This document shows, in pieces, positions 1-11,200 of a DNA stretch of 64,000 nt. The notes beneath the pieces were generated by a model, which had not been told where the DNA came from, ran no database searches, and was given only the letters and a program-made list of their open reading frames with translations. Within the stretch, counting starts at the first letter, position 1, and each line of letters begins with the position of its first letter. This DNA is from an uncultured Bacteroidales bacterium (GTDB lineage: Bacteria > Bacteroidota > Bacteroidia > Bacteroidales > UBA10428). Made by a program: the position numbers and the translations under genes. The stretch lies in contig CAVVXI010000004.1 of assembly GCA_963752195.1 (NCBI GenBank), forward strand, positions 261,641 through 325,640, in the 5' to 3' direction.

Positions 1-1996
1 CCCGGATAAGTGACCGGAATTCCTGTTTGTTCAGTCCCGCGAGCGGAAGCACCTGGGTTAGCAGGCCCTGATCGGAAAGACCTGCCCTGCATGCCTTATA
101 AAAGCCCGAGGTAAAAAGGGAAGGCGTATTCTGAAAATTCGTGTATCCGGAAGCAATCAGATCAAAAGGAACTGTATTTCGTGTAAGAAACAGCCGTGCA
201 TCCTCTATGGCAATATTTACCCTGCTGCTCGTGAGAATATCCTGGTTTTCATCGCTGAAAACATTGGCGGAAAGAGTCAGCACCTCGGGGTATACCTCAG
301 CGATATAGATGCGGGGTATATCGCAATCTTCAAGGGTGGAAGCAACAACGCCCGTTCCAAATCCGATGACAAGAGACGAACGGGCAGCCGGTGCCATCAC
401 ACAGGATAGAATGGCCGGAAGCACCTGGACCTTTTCACTACCGGTTACTGTGTTTTTCACCCCGTCAATGTATAATGCCGACCTGTCATTCTCCAGTTCC
501 CGAAGGGTGACAAGTGCGCTGCTTCCCTCCTTTTTAGCGGTTATAATCCGTGTGTCGATGCCCGGATGAATCCAGCCCAGTTTAAAAGCTCCAAATAGAA
601 TTCCCGTAAGGCAGGCCAATGAAATAACCGTATAGCTTAATCTGAAACCACGGATGAGCCTTGAATCCCGCAATAATAAATATATACCCGAAAGAAGGGC
701 GATACCCGTGAGGGTAAAAACAGAATAAAAGGAATGGACAAATGGTAAAAGGATATAATGAGTGATTACCAGGCCGAACATAACACCCGTATAGAACATG
801 GATCCGAGTTTGCCGATGTTGCGTCCCGAATGCTGGATGCGGCGCGGATAAATCCTGGCAGCCAATGGCAGTAAAATTCCTGTAATCATTGCCGGAAGAA
901 AAATCAGGGAGCTTATCGCCACCATCTGGCAGGCAGCCGCTTTTCGCCAGTTTTCTCCATTTCCCGCAAGGAGCTGCATCGCAGGGGCAGTAATGGTAAA
1001 CAGCATAAAAGAAAACAGGATAATAAAGCCCGTGAGAATTTCAAGTGACGCCATCAGCAGATAGCCATTTACCATGCCGGTGGTTATCCTTTTATACAGG
1101 GATGCGCCAAAAACCATCCCCATAAAGAATACGGAAAGCATAAATATATTCACCAGCGAAAGGCTCACAAGGGAATGCTGGCTTATTAACCGGTAAGAAA
1201 TGATCAGGAAGGATGTGCTGGCAAAAGCATGCACAGCGTGAACCCTGATCATGACCCGTGTTAATTTGGCGCCTGCCTCAAGAACCGGTTTTCGTTTTTT
1301 GAATAACATGGCAGTATTTCTTACCCGGGAAGCCATGACTGTCGCACCCGGTTCGGGAACCTTTGTTTTTTCACGAAAACGAAATAGAATTGACAGTACT
1401 GAAACCAGAAAAAACACAACGGATGACAAAAGCAGGGAGCGGTACATACCGGCCTGGCGGATATAGACGCCATAGAGGAGAAAGCCAGTGGCAAAACCTG
1501 TAAATAAAACCGACAGAAGCAGGCTTAGCCGGTTTCCGGCCTGAACAATATGCTTTGTAAAAAGCCTGCTCAGTACAGGTACTCCCGCGCCAATGGCTGA
1601 GAAGGGTATAAACAGGAATCCTGCCGTTAAAAGGATTCGGACAAATCCGATTCCAAAAGGTACAGGATGATAATCCCGGATTAACGCCCCGAAAATCCAT
1701 ACCAGGAGGTTATAGATCAGCGGGTGCAGAAGTGCATACAATCCCAGAATTGCCTGCAAAACTATAAAGATGACCAGCTGATCGGGAAGTTTGTCGGCAA
1801 TCTTTCCTCCGATGCGGCTTCCAATGGCCAGGCAAATGAATAGTGCCGCCATGATGGATGTAACGGAAAACTGGTGAATGCCGAAAAGAGTGATATACAT
1901 CCTGAACCATGTGACCATAGCAATGGAAGAGGCAATTCCGGAAAGAAAGAGAATGGGGTAAAATATATTTGGCAGACCTCGGCCGGAGGAGTTCAT
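1..1996 (-). CDS. Fused polytopic membrane / spermidine synthase-like protein (3' end runs off the window start)
   Basis: Absent from the ORF track because it has no stop inside the window. Reading the minus strand from ATG (1996-1994) gives an unbroken frame to base 2 (MNSSGRGLPNIFYPILFLSGIASS...). A long run of hydrophobic helices is followed by a class I methyltransferase-fold segment (SLVIGFGTGVVASTLED...IAEVYPEV...IEDARLFL...FDLIASG) typical of spermidine/spermine synthase-like domains. Confidence 0.7.
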   Translation of the reverse strand, partial: MNSSGRGLPNIFYPILFLSGIASSIAMVTWFRMYITLFGIHQFSVTSIMAALFICLAIGSRIGGKIADKLPDQLVIFIVLQAILGLYALLHPLIYNLLVWIFGALIRDYHPVPFGIGFVRILLTAGFLFIPFSAIGAGVPVLSRLFTKHIVQAGNRLSLLLSVLFTGFATGFLLYGVYIRQAGMYRSLLLSSVVFFLVSVLSILFRFREKTKVPEPGATVMASRVRNTAMLFKKRKPVLEAGAKLTRVMIRVHAVHAFASTSFLIISYRLISQHSLVSLSLVNIFMLSVFFMGMVFGASLYKRITTGMVNGYLLMASLEILTGFIILFSFMLFTITAPAMQLLAGNGENWRKAAACQMVAISSLIFLPAMITGILLPLAARIYPRRIQHSGRNIGKLGSMFYTGVMFGLVITHYILLPFVHSFYSVFTLTGIALLSGIYLLLRDSRLIRGFRLSYTVISLACLTGILFGAFKLGWIHPGIDTRIITAKKEGSSALVTLRELENDRSALYIDGVKNTVTGSEKVQVLPAILSCVMAPAARSSLVIGFGTGVVASTLEDCDIPRIYIAEVYPEVLTLSANVFSDENQDILTSSRVNIAIEDARLFLTRNTVPFDLIASGYTNFQNTPSLFTSGFYKACRAGLSDQGLLTQVLPLAGLNKQEFRSLIR

Positions 1997-2103
1997 AATC
2001 TTGGGTTATCCTTCAAAACTAATGAAAAAAACTTATACATTTCAAGATGCATTTGTTTCAACATAATAAGTTCTCAATGGTTTGGTATAATACGCAAAAT
2101 AGC

Positions 2104-2111
2104 TATTTTTG
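2104..2111 (+). promoter_or_regulatory. Candidate Bacteroidota -7 promoter box TATTTTTG
   Basis: Matches the TAnnTTTG consensus, 48 nt upstream of the SusC ATG at 2159. Confidence 0.3.
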
Positions 2112-2158
2112 AAAAGATGCTCGTTTGTAAACCTTTTGTAAACCTAAAAACATGATCC

Positions 2159-5149
2159 ATGAATAAATCTACTTTTTTACTTGTATTTCTATTGCTGACG
2201 GGATCAGGTTGTCTTCATGCACAGGAAGTACAGGTTAAGGGAAAGGTTACTGCGTCAGAGGACGGGACACCTGTTCCCGGAGCATATGTTGTGATAAAAG
2301 GAACACAATCAGGTACAACATCGGATGTGGACGGCAATTATGCCATTACGGCTCCGGCTGATGCCACCCTGGTATTCAGTTCAGTCGGGCTTAAGCCCAG
2401 GGAAATTTTGATTGGGGGCAGTTCGGTTATTGATGTTTCTCTTGAAGCCGATATTATAGGGATGCAGGAAGTTATTGTTGTAGGTTATACTACAGTAAGA
2501 AAGGAAGCGAACACGGGAGCCATGAATGTTGTGAAAAGCGAACGGCTTAAAGATGTTCCTGAGGTCAGTTTTGATAAAATGCTTAGCGGCAAAATCCCCG
2601 GCGTATCCATCAGTTCCTCCTCCGGACAGCCGGGTGCGTCTTCCCAGATACGTGTAAGAGGCATAACTTCCCTGACAGCCGGCAACGATCCCCTGATCGT
2701 GGTGGACGGATCGCCTGTAATGCAGGGGGATCAAACCGTTTTCACGAATACGTCAAATGCACTTTCCTCCATAAACCCCAATGATGTAGAGTCAGTCACC
2801 TTGCTGAAAGATGCGTCGGCAACTTCCATCTATGGCTCACGCGGCGCCAACGGTGTACTTATTATAACTACCAAATCAGGCCAACAGGGAAAATCGAGGG
2901 TTGATTTCCGTGCTTCATACGGCGTATCCATGCTGGCGAATGACAATGGATACGGAGTGATGACTCCGGAAGAGCTCGTCACCTATATGAGGGATGCTGT
3001 AACCAACGTCGGATTAGATCCGGATGATCCCGGCAACGGCAGATATTATGTTCCTGCCTCCCTGGCTACCGGCAAAACTTATGATTGGATGGATATAGTA
3101 ACAAGAAAAGGGAAATCGCAAAACTATGAACTCACGATCAGCGGGGGCAATGAAAAGACAAAACATTATATATCAGCGGGATATACCGACGATGAAGGCG
3201 TATTCTATGGAGTTGATTTTCAAAAATACCAGTTGCGTGCGAACGTCGATCATAAAGTAAATAACTGGCTGACGGCCGGTGTTCGCATTAACGGAGCGTA
3301 TACGAAAACCAATGATGTGCCCATGCAGGATTTGTATTATGCCAATCCGCTGTTTGCCGGTCAAATTATTGCTCCCTGGTCACCCCTGTATAATGCAGAC
3401 GGCGAATTTAACCTGGATATTCCGGAAAACGGAAATACCAATCCGCAGGCCAATGCGGCATATGATGATCAATGGGAAAAACAAAATCACATTAACGGAA
3501 CCTTATTTTTAGAATTAAAACCCTTTAAAGGATTTACTTTAAAAACCAATAATTCCTATGAACTGACCGATGGCGAGGGCAGGAGGTACTGGTCAGACAA
3601 ATCGGATGGCAATACGGTGCCTCCCGTTGCCACGCTGCAGACTTCCAATTCAAAATATACCCAATTGACCACATCGAATACGGCAACATACGATCTGATG
3701 CTCGGTGAACAACATAACTTCAGTTTTCTGGCAGGACAGGAAGCTACAAGGAACGATTATAATTCCTATTTCATTTATTCGCCGGAAGTAGATCCGGATA
3801 TCCCGTTCCCTACCACATCTTCATCCGTGAATGATGATGCGGATTACAGTGAATCTACACATACCATGCTATCCTTTTTTGGAATTGCAAATTATGATTT
3901 TGCCAGGAAGTATTTCTTTAAGGTTCATTTAAGGACAGACGGAAGCTCCAGATTTGGCAAGGATACAAAATGGGGAACATTTTATTCGGTTGGTGCCGCA
4001 TGGGTGATTACCCGGGAATCTTTTATGGAATCAATGAAGGTCATCGATTTGTTAAAACTGCGTGCCAGTTATGGAATTAATGGCAACGATAATATTCCTA
4101 ATTATGCCCAATGGGGTTTATATGGTTCTATACAATATAACGGTGTAAATGGAATGGCACCGGCTAATTTGCCGAATAGCGATCTTACCTGGGAATTGAA
4201 CAAGTCCTATAATATAGGTCTGGATTTTGGGATATTCCGGCGAGTAACAGGCACATTGGAGTTTTACCAGCGCAAAACAACCGATATGCTGCTTTCAAAA
4301 CCGTTGTCCAAAACAACCGGATTTGACAGCTATACCGATAATATCGGGGAAGTGATAAACACGGGTTACGAGGCATTGGTCAATGCCAATATGGTGGACG
4401 GTGATATTAAATGGGATGTGGGTTTAAACATTTCCCACAATAAAAGTAAAATCCTTTCCCTGGCAAGTGGAGAGGATCAATTTATTGACGCTTATAACAA
4501 TCGGATCATTCATAAGGTAGGGGAGAGTATGTATATGTTTTACCTGTTCGATTATGCCGGCGTGAACCCGATTAACGGTGAAGCGCTGTGGTATAATGCG
4601 GATGGAAAAATAACAAATAAATATTCAGAAGCAAGACAGGTGCTGGCAGGAAGTCCCGAGCCCAAGTTCACCGGTGGCTTCAATTCTACACTTGCGCTGA
4701 AAGGAATTACCCTTGATATCAATTTTGAATTCAGAACGGGCAACAAAGTGCTAATTGATGAAAACCGTTATCTCAACTCCGATGGTTATTTCTGGGGCGC
4801 AAACCAGGCCACAACCGCACTGGATTATTGGAAAAATCCGGGTGATATTTCGCGCAATCCCAAGCCACTGCCTGATAATCCAACTTTCTCCAGCGGATTT
4901 GAGAGCAAACGCTGGAGGCAGAACGGAGATTATCTGCGCATCAAGAACCTGACCCTGGCCTATTCACTTCCGGATAAACTGCTGAGTAAAGCGAAGATCA
5001 ATCAAATCCGGATCTATGCAAGCGCGATTAACCTGTATACTTTTCACAAGGTTAATTTCTGGGACCCGGAAAGGGGAGTAGACGGAACAGGATTTGGAAT
5101 TTATCCCCAGACGAAGAAAATCATGTTTGGAATAGAACTTTCGTTATAA
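2159..5149 (+). CDS. SusC/RagA family TonB-linked outer membrane protein
   Basis: 996 aa with a signal peptide, an N-terminal carboxypeptidase-regulatory-like domain (VKGKVTASEDGTPVPGAYVVIKGTQSGTTSDVDGNY), a plug region and a C-terminal beta-barrel ending in an aromatic/aliphatic residue. A SusD gene follows directly. Confidence 0.92.
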   Translation: MNKSTFLLVFLLLTGSGCLHAQEVQVKGKVTASEDGTPVPGAYVVIKGTQSGTTSDVDGNYAITAPADATLVFSSVGLKPREILIGGSSVIDVSLEADIIGMQEVIVVGYTTVRKEANTGAMNVVKSERLKDVPEVSFDKMLSGKIPGVSISSSSGQPGASSQIRVRGITSLTAGNDPLIVVDGSPVMQGDQTVFTNTSNALSSINPNDVESVTLLKDASATSIYGSRGANGVLIITTKSGQQGKSRVDFRASYGVSMLANDNGYGVMTPEELVTYMRDAVTNVGLDPDDPGNGRYYVPASLATGKTYDWMDIVTRKGKSQNYELTISGGNEKTKHYISAGYTDDEGVFYGVDFQKYQLRANVDHKVNNWLTAGVRINGAYTKTNDVPMQDLYYANPLFAGQIIAPWSPLYNADGEFNLDIPENGNTNPQANAAYDDQWEKQNHINGTLFLELKPFKGFTLKTNNSYELTDGEGRRYWSDKSDGNTVPPVATLQTSNSKYTQLTTSNTATYDLMLGEQHNFSFLAGQEATRNDYNSYFIYSPEVDPDIPFPTTSSSVNDDADYSESTHTMLSFFGIANYDFARKYFFKVHLRTDGSSRFGKDTKWGTFYSVGAAWVITRESFMESMKVIDLLKLRASYGINGNDNIPNYAQWGLYGSIQYNGVNGMAPANLPNSDLTWELNKSYNIGLDFGIFRRVTGTLEFYQRKTTDMLLSKPLSKTTGFDSYTDNIGEVINTGYEALVNANMVDGDIKWDVGLNISHNKSKILSLASGEDQFIDAYNNRIIHKVGESMYMFYLFDYAGVNPINGEALWYNADGKITNKYSEARQVLAGSPEPKFTGGFNSTLALKGITLDINFEFRTGNKVLIDENRYLNSDGYFWGANQATTALDYWKNPGDISRNPKPLPDNPTFSSGFESKRWRQNGDYLRIKNLTLAYSLPDKLLSKAKINQIRIYASAINLYTFHKVNFWDPERGVDGTGFGIYPQTKKIMFGIELSL

Positions 5150-5167
5150 TTCATAATATTGACAGAA

Positions 5168-6598
5168 ATGAAAATAAAAAAGATACGATATCCCGGCTTG
5201 GGTATGATTTTTCTGCTCCTGGTGTTTTCAGCATGCGAGGATTTTCTTACCAAGGAGTCCCGTCTGAATCAGACAAATGAACTGACACTTTCGACCTACA
5301 AGGGTCTGACATCGGCCACTGTCGGAGCCTATTCTCCTTTGTACTTAACAAGCTGGTACGGACGCGATTTCATCGTCACCGCCGATCTGAAAGGTGGCAA
5401 TGCCAGGATCAGCCCGATAACGTCCGGCAGATTTCAGACTCAATACCAATGGTCCGACGTGAGTACTGCCACAATCGATCTTTGGTCCAGTGCCTACAAC
5501 CTTATTGCGAGAACCAACAATGTGATCAATGCGCTGTCGGATTTTACTGAGAAGGATGTTGACCAGGCCGATATCGACAACCTGAGAGGTGAATGCCTGT
5601 TCCTGAGGGCTCTTGGATATTTTGACCTGGTCAGGTTTTATGCACAACCCTATTCCTCGGGTACCGACAATCCCGGTGTTCCCATTGTGCTTGTAACTGA
5701 AATTGGCAAGCCTGCCCGAAATACGGTAGGAGAAGTTTATCAGCAAATTGTTTCAGACCTGACGGCAGCGGACGGCATTATAAATAAGAGCAACAGGCAC
5801 GGGGATGATGCCGATTCCAGGGCATGGGCATCTTCAGACGCTGTGAAAGCATTGCTCGCCCGCGTTTATCTGTACATGGAAAACTGGCAGGCTGCGGCCG
5901 ATTATGCCTCTGAAATAATTAATTCCGGGGACTACCAGTTGTATGATGTTTTAACTTATACAACCTGGGATAAGGGAGGGGTATGGGGAACAGATGCAGC
6001 TTCCGAAATAATTTTCGAGGTGTATGGGGCCGAAGGCAATTCAAGTCACGGAAACTGGGATGTAATTTCCTATATCATGTCACCCGACGGGTACGGAGAT
6101 ATTGGCGCTTCGCATGATGTGTATGACCTCTATGAGGACATCGACATACGGAAGCAGCTTTTCAGAACGACGGATCAATATCCGAATTCCTTATGGTCTC
6201 TTAAATATCCCGGCAAGGAGGGAGACCTCAGGGAAGATAATATTCCGGTATTGCGACTGGGGGAAATGTACCTGATCCGTGCGGAAGCATTGTTGAATGG
6301 AGCGACCATCAGCAGGGCAAGTGCCCTGAAAGATTACAATGCCCTCCGGGTTCCCCTTGGGTTGGATGAAGCTACCACCGTAACATTGAATGATATTTAC
6401 GATGAAAGAAGACGCGAACTTTGCTTTGAGGGGCACCGCTTGTTTGACCTTGCCCGTACAAAAAGATCGCTTGTCCGCACAGACTATGATGGTTCGGTGA
6501 ACAAGGATGTTCCATTCCCCGATTACAAATGGGCGATGCCGATCCCCCAGGGTGAGTTGGATGCCAATGAAAATTGCATACAGAATGAAGGATACTAG
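5168..6598 (+). CDS. SusD/RagB family nutrient-binding outer membrane lipoprotein
   Basis: Lipobox LLLVFSAC, SusD-like TPR-rich body, immediately downstream of SusC. The track start 5159 is a TTG codon; the first ATG is 5168 (MKIKKIRY). Confidence 0.88.
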   Translation: MKIKKIRYPGLGMIFLLLVFSACEDFLTKESRLNQTNELTLSTYKGLTSATVGAYSPLYLTSWYGRDFIVTADLKGGNARISPITSGRFQTQYQWSDVSTATIDLWSSAYNLIARTNNVINALSDFTEKDVDQADIDNLRGECLFLRALGYFDLVRFYAQPYSSGTDNPGVPIVLVTEIGKPARNTVGEVYQQIVSDLTAADGIINKSNRHGDDADSRAWASSDAVKALLARVYLYMENWQAAADYASEIINSGDYQLYDVLTYTTWDKGGVWGTDAASEIIFEVYGAEGNSSHGNWDVISYIMSPDGYGDIGASHDVYDLYEDIDIRKQLFRTTDQYPNSLWSLKYPGKEGDLREDNIPVLRLGEMYLIRAEALLNGATISRASALKDYNALRVPLGLDEATTVTLNDIYDERRRELCFEGHRLFDLARTKRSLVRTDYDGSVNKDVPFPDYKWAMPIPQGELDANENCIQNEGY

Positions 6599-6616
6599 GA
6601 TTAATACGCGACTACC

Positions 6617-7495
6617 ATGAAATACAGGCATACATCAGTTTACTTTCTCTTCATTGCTGCAACCATTTTTGCGGCCTGTAAGAACGAGCCCATTATGTTT
6701 GACAATTCCAAGGCATTTGTTGCCTTCATTTCTTCTTCGGCTGCCATAAGTGAAAATGCCAATGACGGTGACATCCCGGTTATGGTTTCCGCTGTAGAAG
6801 GCAGTTCTGCCGTTACAGTGGATTATGAAATTGTTACGGAGGGTATTGCCGATCCGGCAGTGGAAGGTGTGGATTTTACAATAGTATCCGCAAGTTCACT
6901 TGACTTTCCGGAAGGCTCAGGCTACGCGTTTATTACAGTGCATCCGATTGACAATTCGGAACTGACCGGAAACAAATCGTTTAAATTAGTGCTTACGACC
7001 AATTCAAAAAATTATCCTACCGGTGCTGAAAATACAATTACAGTAGTGCTTAAGGATGACGAGCATCCCTTGTTTAATTGGATCGGATCCTATGTAGTAA
7101 CAGCCGAGAGTTATGGATCTCCGGGAAACTCCGAAAATTGGTTTGTAACTACAGAAGCCGATCCGGACGATTTTAATTATTTGATAATTAAAGGTATATC
7201 TACTGAAGAATCCAATCCTGTCCGTGCCAGGATTGATCTTAATAACAGGTTGATCATCCTCGCGCCCGGACAATCGCTTGGTGATATATATACCGATAAT
7301 GAAGGCAATCCGATGGGGATAGGCATTTACAAAGGAACAGACGGCGGTGATAATGTAATTAAGGACGAACCTTTGATTGGCATTATTGAAAATGACGGTA
7401 CAATACGGATCGATCTGTTTGGCGAACTTGTCATCTCCGGACAATACAAGAATTATTTGTGGGACGTTTTTAACACAACCTGGACTAAACAATAG
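6617..7495 (+). CDS. Lipoprotein with Calx-beta-like domain (PUL accessory surface protein)
   Basis: Lipobox IFAAC. VTVDYEIVTEGIADPAVEGVDFT...LDFPEGSGYAFITVHPIDNSELTGNKSFKLVL fits the Calx-beta pattern (DY..T..GTA..G.DF..F.pGe..i.v.i.dD..E..E.F.v.L). The C-terminal half is unassigned. Confidence 0.6.
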   Translation: MKYRHTSVYFLFIAATIFAACKNEPIMFDNSKAFVAFISSSAAISENANDGDIPVMVSAVEGSSAVTVDYEIVTEGIADPAVEGVDFTIVSASSLDFPEGSGYAFITVHPIDNSELTGNKSFKLVLTTNSKNYPTGAENTITVVLKDDEHPLFNWIGSYVVTAESYGSPGNSENWFVTTEADPDDFNYLIIKGISTEESNPVRARIDLNNRLIILAPGQSLGDIYTDNEGNPMGIGIYKGTDGGDNVIKDEPLIGIIENDGTIRIDLFGELVISGQYKNYLWDVFNTTWTKQ

Positions 7496-8120
7496 GCTGG
7501 CCTCGGTTTTTCAAAGAATTGTTTTCGTACCGCCAGGGAATTTTTATACAATACGGAAAAGAACTTTTCGCCTTATATTAAGGTATACGATCATTCTGGG
7601 CACTTTTTTAAGCGGAAATTTATTAATTCTATCCTTTGGAATCCGGTTTTCCTGATTTTTTTCTGCATTTGCTCAAAAAAGGCAGGACAGATAAACCGAT
7701 TTTCAGTGATAAAAGAATTTTTTGTTGACCCATGTTTAATTAGGGTATACAATCGATTACAGATAAATGTAAAAGGAATTTTGTTTATTTAACAGGGAGT
7801 ATATGAAGAAAATTACACATTATGGAAATAATTGCAAAAACGCCTGTTATTATTGTATACATAAAAATGAAACCGGGTGATTTTTTATATGTAAATATTA
7901 CCGTGTATTGACAAATGTTCTTTTTTTGGAGATAAAGGTCCTTTTTTCACCCATAGATGTACACAATTTGCAGGCTTTTCGCTCTGAATAGCCCGTAAAG
8001 AGAGCAAATTAGCGGCATGTGTATAAATATTACATCGAAAAGTAAATTTATTCCTATTAAGATGATGAAAATCAGTATTATATAAAATATATATTATTTT
8101 TTTTTATATATTTTTTTTTA

Positions 8121-8128
8121 TAGATTTG
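8121..8128 (+). promoter_or_regulatory. Candidate -7 promoter box TAGATTTG
   Basis: TAnnTTTG match 75 nt upstream of the second SusC ATG, at the end of a 707-bp AT-rich non-coding stretch. Confidence 0.35.
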
Positions 8129-8202
8129 ATTTTGAAACATGAGCTTCTCCTAACCGGAAGTTTAATGATGATTAACCTATTATAAACCTAAAATTCTAAT
8201 TT

Positions 8203-11200
8203 ATGAAAAGGATTACAAGTTTGCTTGTATGCTTGCTCTTATTTGGCTTCTCGGCCATTTTTGCGCAAGACATACAAATCAAGGGGACGGTTACAACTGC
8301 CGAAGAAGGTAGTCCGCTTCCCGGAGCATATGTTAAAATTAAGGGTACCAACACGGGTACTGCATCGGACTTCGAAGGGAAGTACCAGCTTACCGCACCT
8401 GCCACGGCTACTCTTGTTTTTTCATCTATTGGCTACAAAGATCAGGAAGTCGCACTGGCAGGCCAGAGCGTTCTTGATGTCGTGATGGAAGCAGATATTA
8501 CTCAGGTGGATGAAGTAGTTGTTACTGCTCTGGGTATTTCACGTGAGAGAAAATCCCTTGGATATGCTACACAGGAAGTAACAGGAGATGAGATATCTAC
8601 AGTGAAATCTGATAACTTCATCAATTCATTGTCGGGTAAGGTTGCCGGTGTCAATGTGAAGGTAAACGGTAACATGGGTGGATCAACCAATATTGTTATC
8701 CGCGGTTCAAAATCATTGACCGGAAACAACCAGGCATTGTTTGTAATTGACGGTGTTCCTGTAGATAATTCATTGACCAATAACTCGGGCCAGACAACAG
8801 GACGTAGCGGCTATGACTACGGTAATTCTGCTGCTGACATCAACCCCAATGATATTGAGTCGATCAATATCCTTAAAGGTGCTGCCGCCTCTGCATTGTA
8901 TGGTGCACGTGCTGCTAACGGCGTTGTGATGATCACCACCAAGAAAGCAGCCAGCAAGGCAAAAGGTCTCGGTGTAACCCTGAGTTCAAACGTAACTTTT
9001 GCCAAGATTGATAAATCAACTATGCCGGAATATCAAAACCAGTACGGCGGTGGATACGGTCCCTATTACAGTGTTGGAGCCCATCCGGGTTTGGAAGAAG
9101 TTGACGTTAACAATGATGGAACGGACGATTTGATGGCTCCTATGTATGAAGATGCTTCATATGGTGAAAAATTTGATCCCAGCCTGAATGTATACCAGTG
9201 GGATTCGTTTGTTCCTGAATCGAAGTATTTCGGACAGGCACATCCATGGGTGGCTTCACAACATGGTCCGGAAGATTTTTTTGAAACCGGTGTTACCTAT
9301 AATAATAGTATTGCCATAAACGGAGCATCAGATAAATCAGCTTTCAGACTTGGCTATTCCAATTTCAACCAGTCCGGTATCATGCCAAACGGTACTTTGA
9401 AAAAGAATAATTTCGATTTCAACGGATCCTATAAACTGAAAGACAACTTGAAAATATCTGCTTCCGCCAACTATGTTAACACAATGGGAAAAGGCAGAAA
9501 CTCAACCGGTTATAGCGATAACATTATGTCATCATTCCGTCAGTGGTACCAGGTGAACGTTGATATGAACGAGCTGAGGGATCTTTATAACAAGACCGGC
9601 AGAAACGTGACCTGGAACCGCACCTATTGGGATGATCCCGTTCCTCTTTACTGGGACAGTCCTTACTGGGTTAGATACAAAAATTACGAGACTGACGAAA
9701 GAAACCGTTTGATCGGTTATGCTCAGGTCGACTATAAAGCCAATGACTGGTTAAGTTTCATGGGTCGTACTGCCATTGATACTTACAGTGAATTACAGGA
9801 AGAACGAAAAGCAGTAGGTTCAGTTTCAGGTGAACTTGGAGTAGGCCGTCCTACGGTAACTTCAGGTTATTCAAGGTACACCCGTACCTTCCTGGAAACC
9901 AACATCGACCTGATGGCTAATTTCCATAAGAACATCACCGAAAAGTTCAATATAACAGGTATCCTGGGTACAAACTTCCGGAGGAATAAAAGTGACCGCG
10001 TTTTTTCTTCAACAAATGGCGGACTGAGCGTTCCTGAAGTATATGCCCTGAGCAATAGTCTTGCCCCAATGCTTCCACCGGAAGAAAGACTGGCCAGGAT
10101 CGGTATGAACGGCTATTTTGCAAGTGTGTCACTGGGATACAACAATATGTTCTTCTTAGATGGAACATATCGTATTGACCAGTCCTCCACGCTGCCCAAG
10201 AGCAACTGGACTTATAAATACCCCTCCGTCAGCGGTAGCTTCCTGTTCTCCGAATTGCTCGACGCCCATTGGCTGCAGCTTGGAAAAATCAGGTTGAATT
10301 ATGCCGAGGTAGGTAATGATGCACCCTGGGCCAGCGTATCCGATACGTATGTTCCTGTAACACCTTTTGGAACTTCCATGGTTTCAGTCGGGATTACCAA
10401 AAACAATGATAAACTGAAATCAGAAAGAACCAAGAGTATTGAAGCAGGTTTGGAAATGAGCATGTTCCAGAACAGGTTGAGCTTTGATATCGCTCTTTAC
10501 AAACAAAATACGGTTAACCAGATTATGCCGGTTACCATTTCCTTTGCTACCGGTTATTCTTCGAAATATGTAAATGCAGGTGAGCTACAGAATAAGGGTA
10601 TCGAACTTCACGTGACCGGTGTACCTGTGAGATTAGGTGATTTCCAGTGGGACATTTCATTGAACTTTGCTAAGAACCAGAATGAGGTTGTTTCTCTTGC
10701 AAAAGGAATCGAGAACCTGCAGATAGCTTCCCTGCAAGGTGGCGTAACTATCAATGCACGCAAAGGCGAACCTTACGGTGCCATCCAGGGAACTGACTAT
10801 GTATATACCAATGGTCAGAGAACAGTTCGTTCCAATGGTCACTATATGAAGAGCTCAACATCAGACAAGATCCTTGGTAACATTAATCCCGATTGGACGG
10901 GTGGTGTTCTGAACGCATTCCGCTTCAAAGATCTCAGCCTGAGTTTCCTCATTGACATTCAGCATGGTGGGGACATATTCTCACTTGACCAGTGGTATGG
11001 CCAGGCAACCGGCTTGTACAAGGAATCTGCCCGGATTAATGATTTAGGTAATCCGATCAGGGACCAGGTATATACCGATTATGGTGACAATACGACACCT
11101 ATGACTGCAAATCCCGGTGGATGGGTTTATGAAGGCGTTCTGGCTGACGGATCCCAGAATACAAATCGTATCGAGGCTGCTGATTACCTTTTTGCAGGGT

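Noticed and set aside
309-1910. Short ORFs 309-569, 1251-1466, 1371-1700 and 1710-1910.
   Set aside because: All lie within the uninterrupted 665-codon minus-strand frame of the spermidine-synthase-like gene, either antisense to it or out of frame. The ORF track missed that gene because it is open at the window edge.
7004-7492. 162-aa antisense ORF. Similar long antisense ORFs are 13320-13751, 25484-25987, 33878-34447, 42062-42523, 53914-55792 and 57277-57846.
   Set aside because: Each lies opposite a motif-rich, confidently assigned gene and has no recognisable motifs, so these are typical shadow ORFs.
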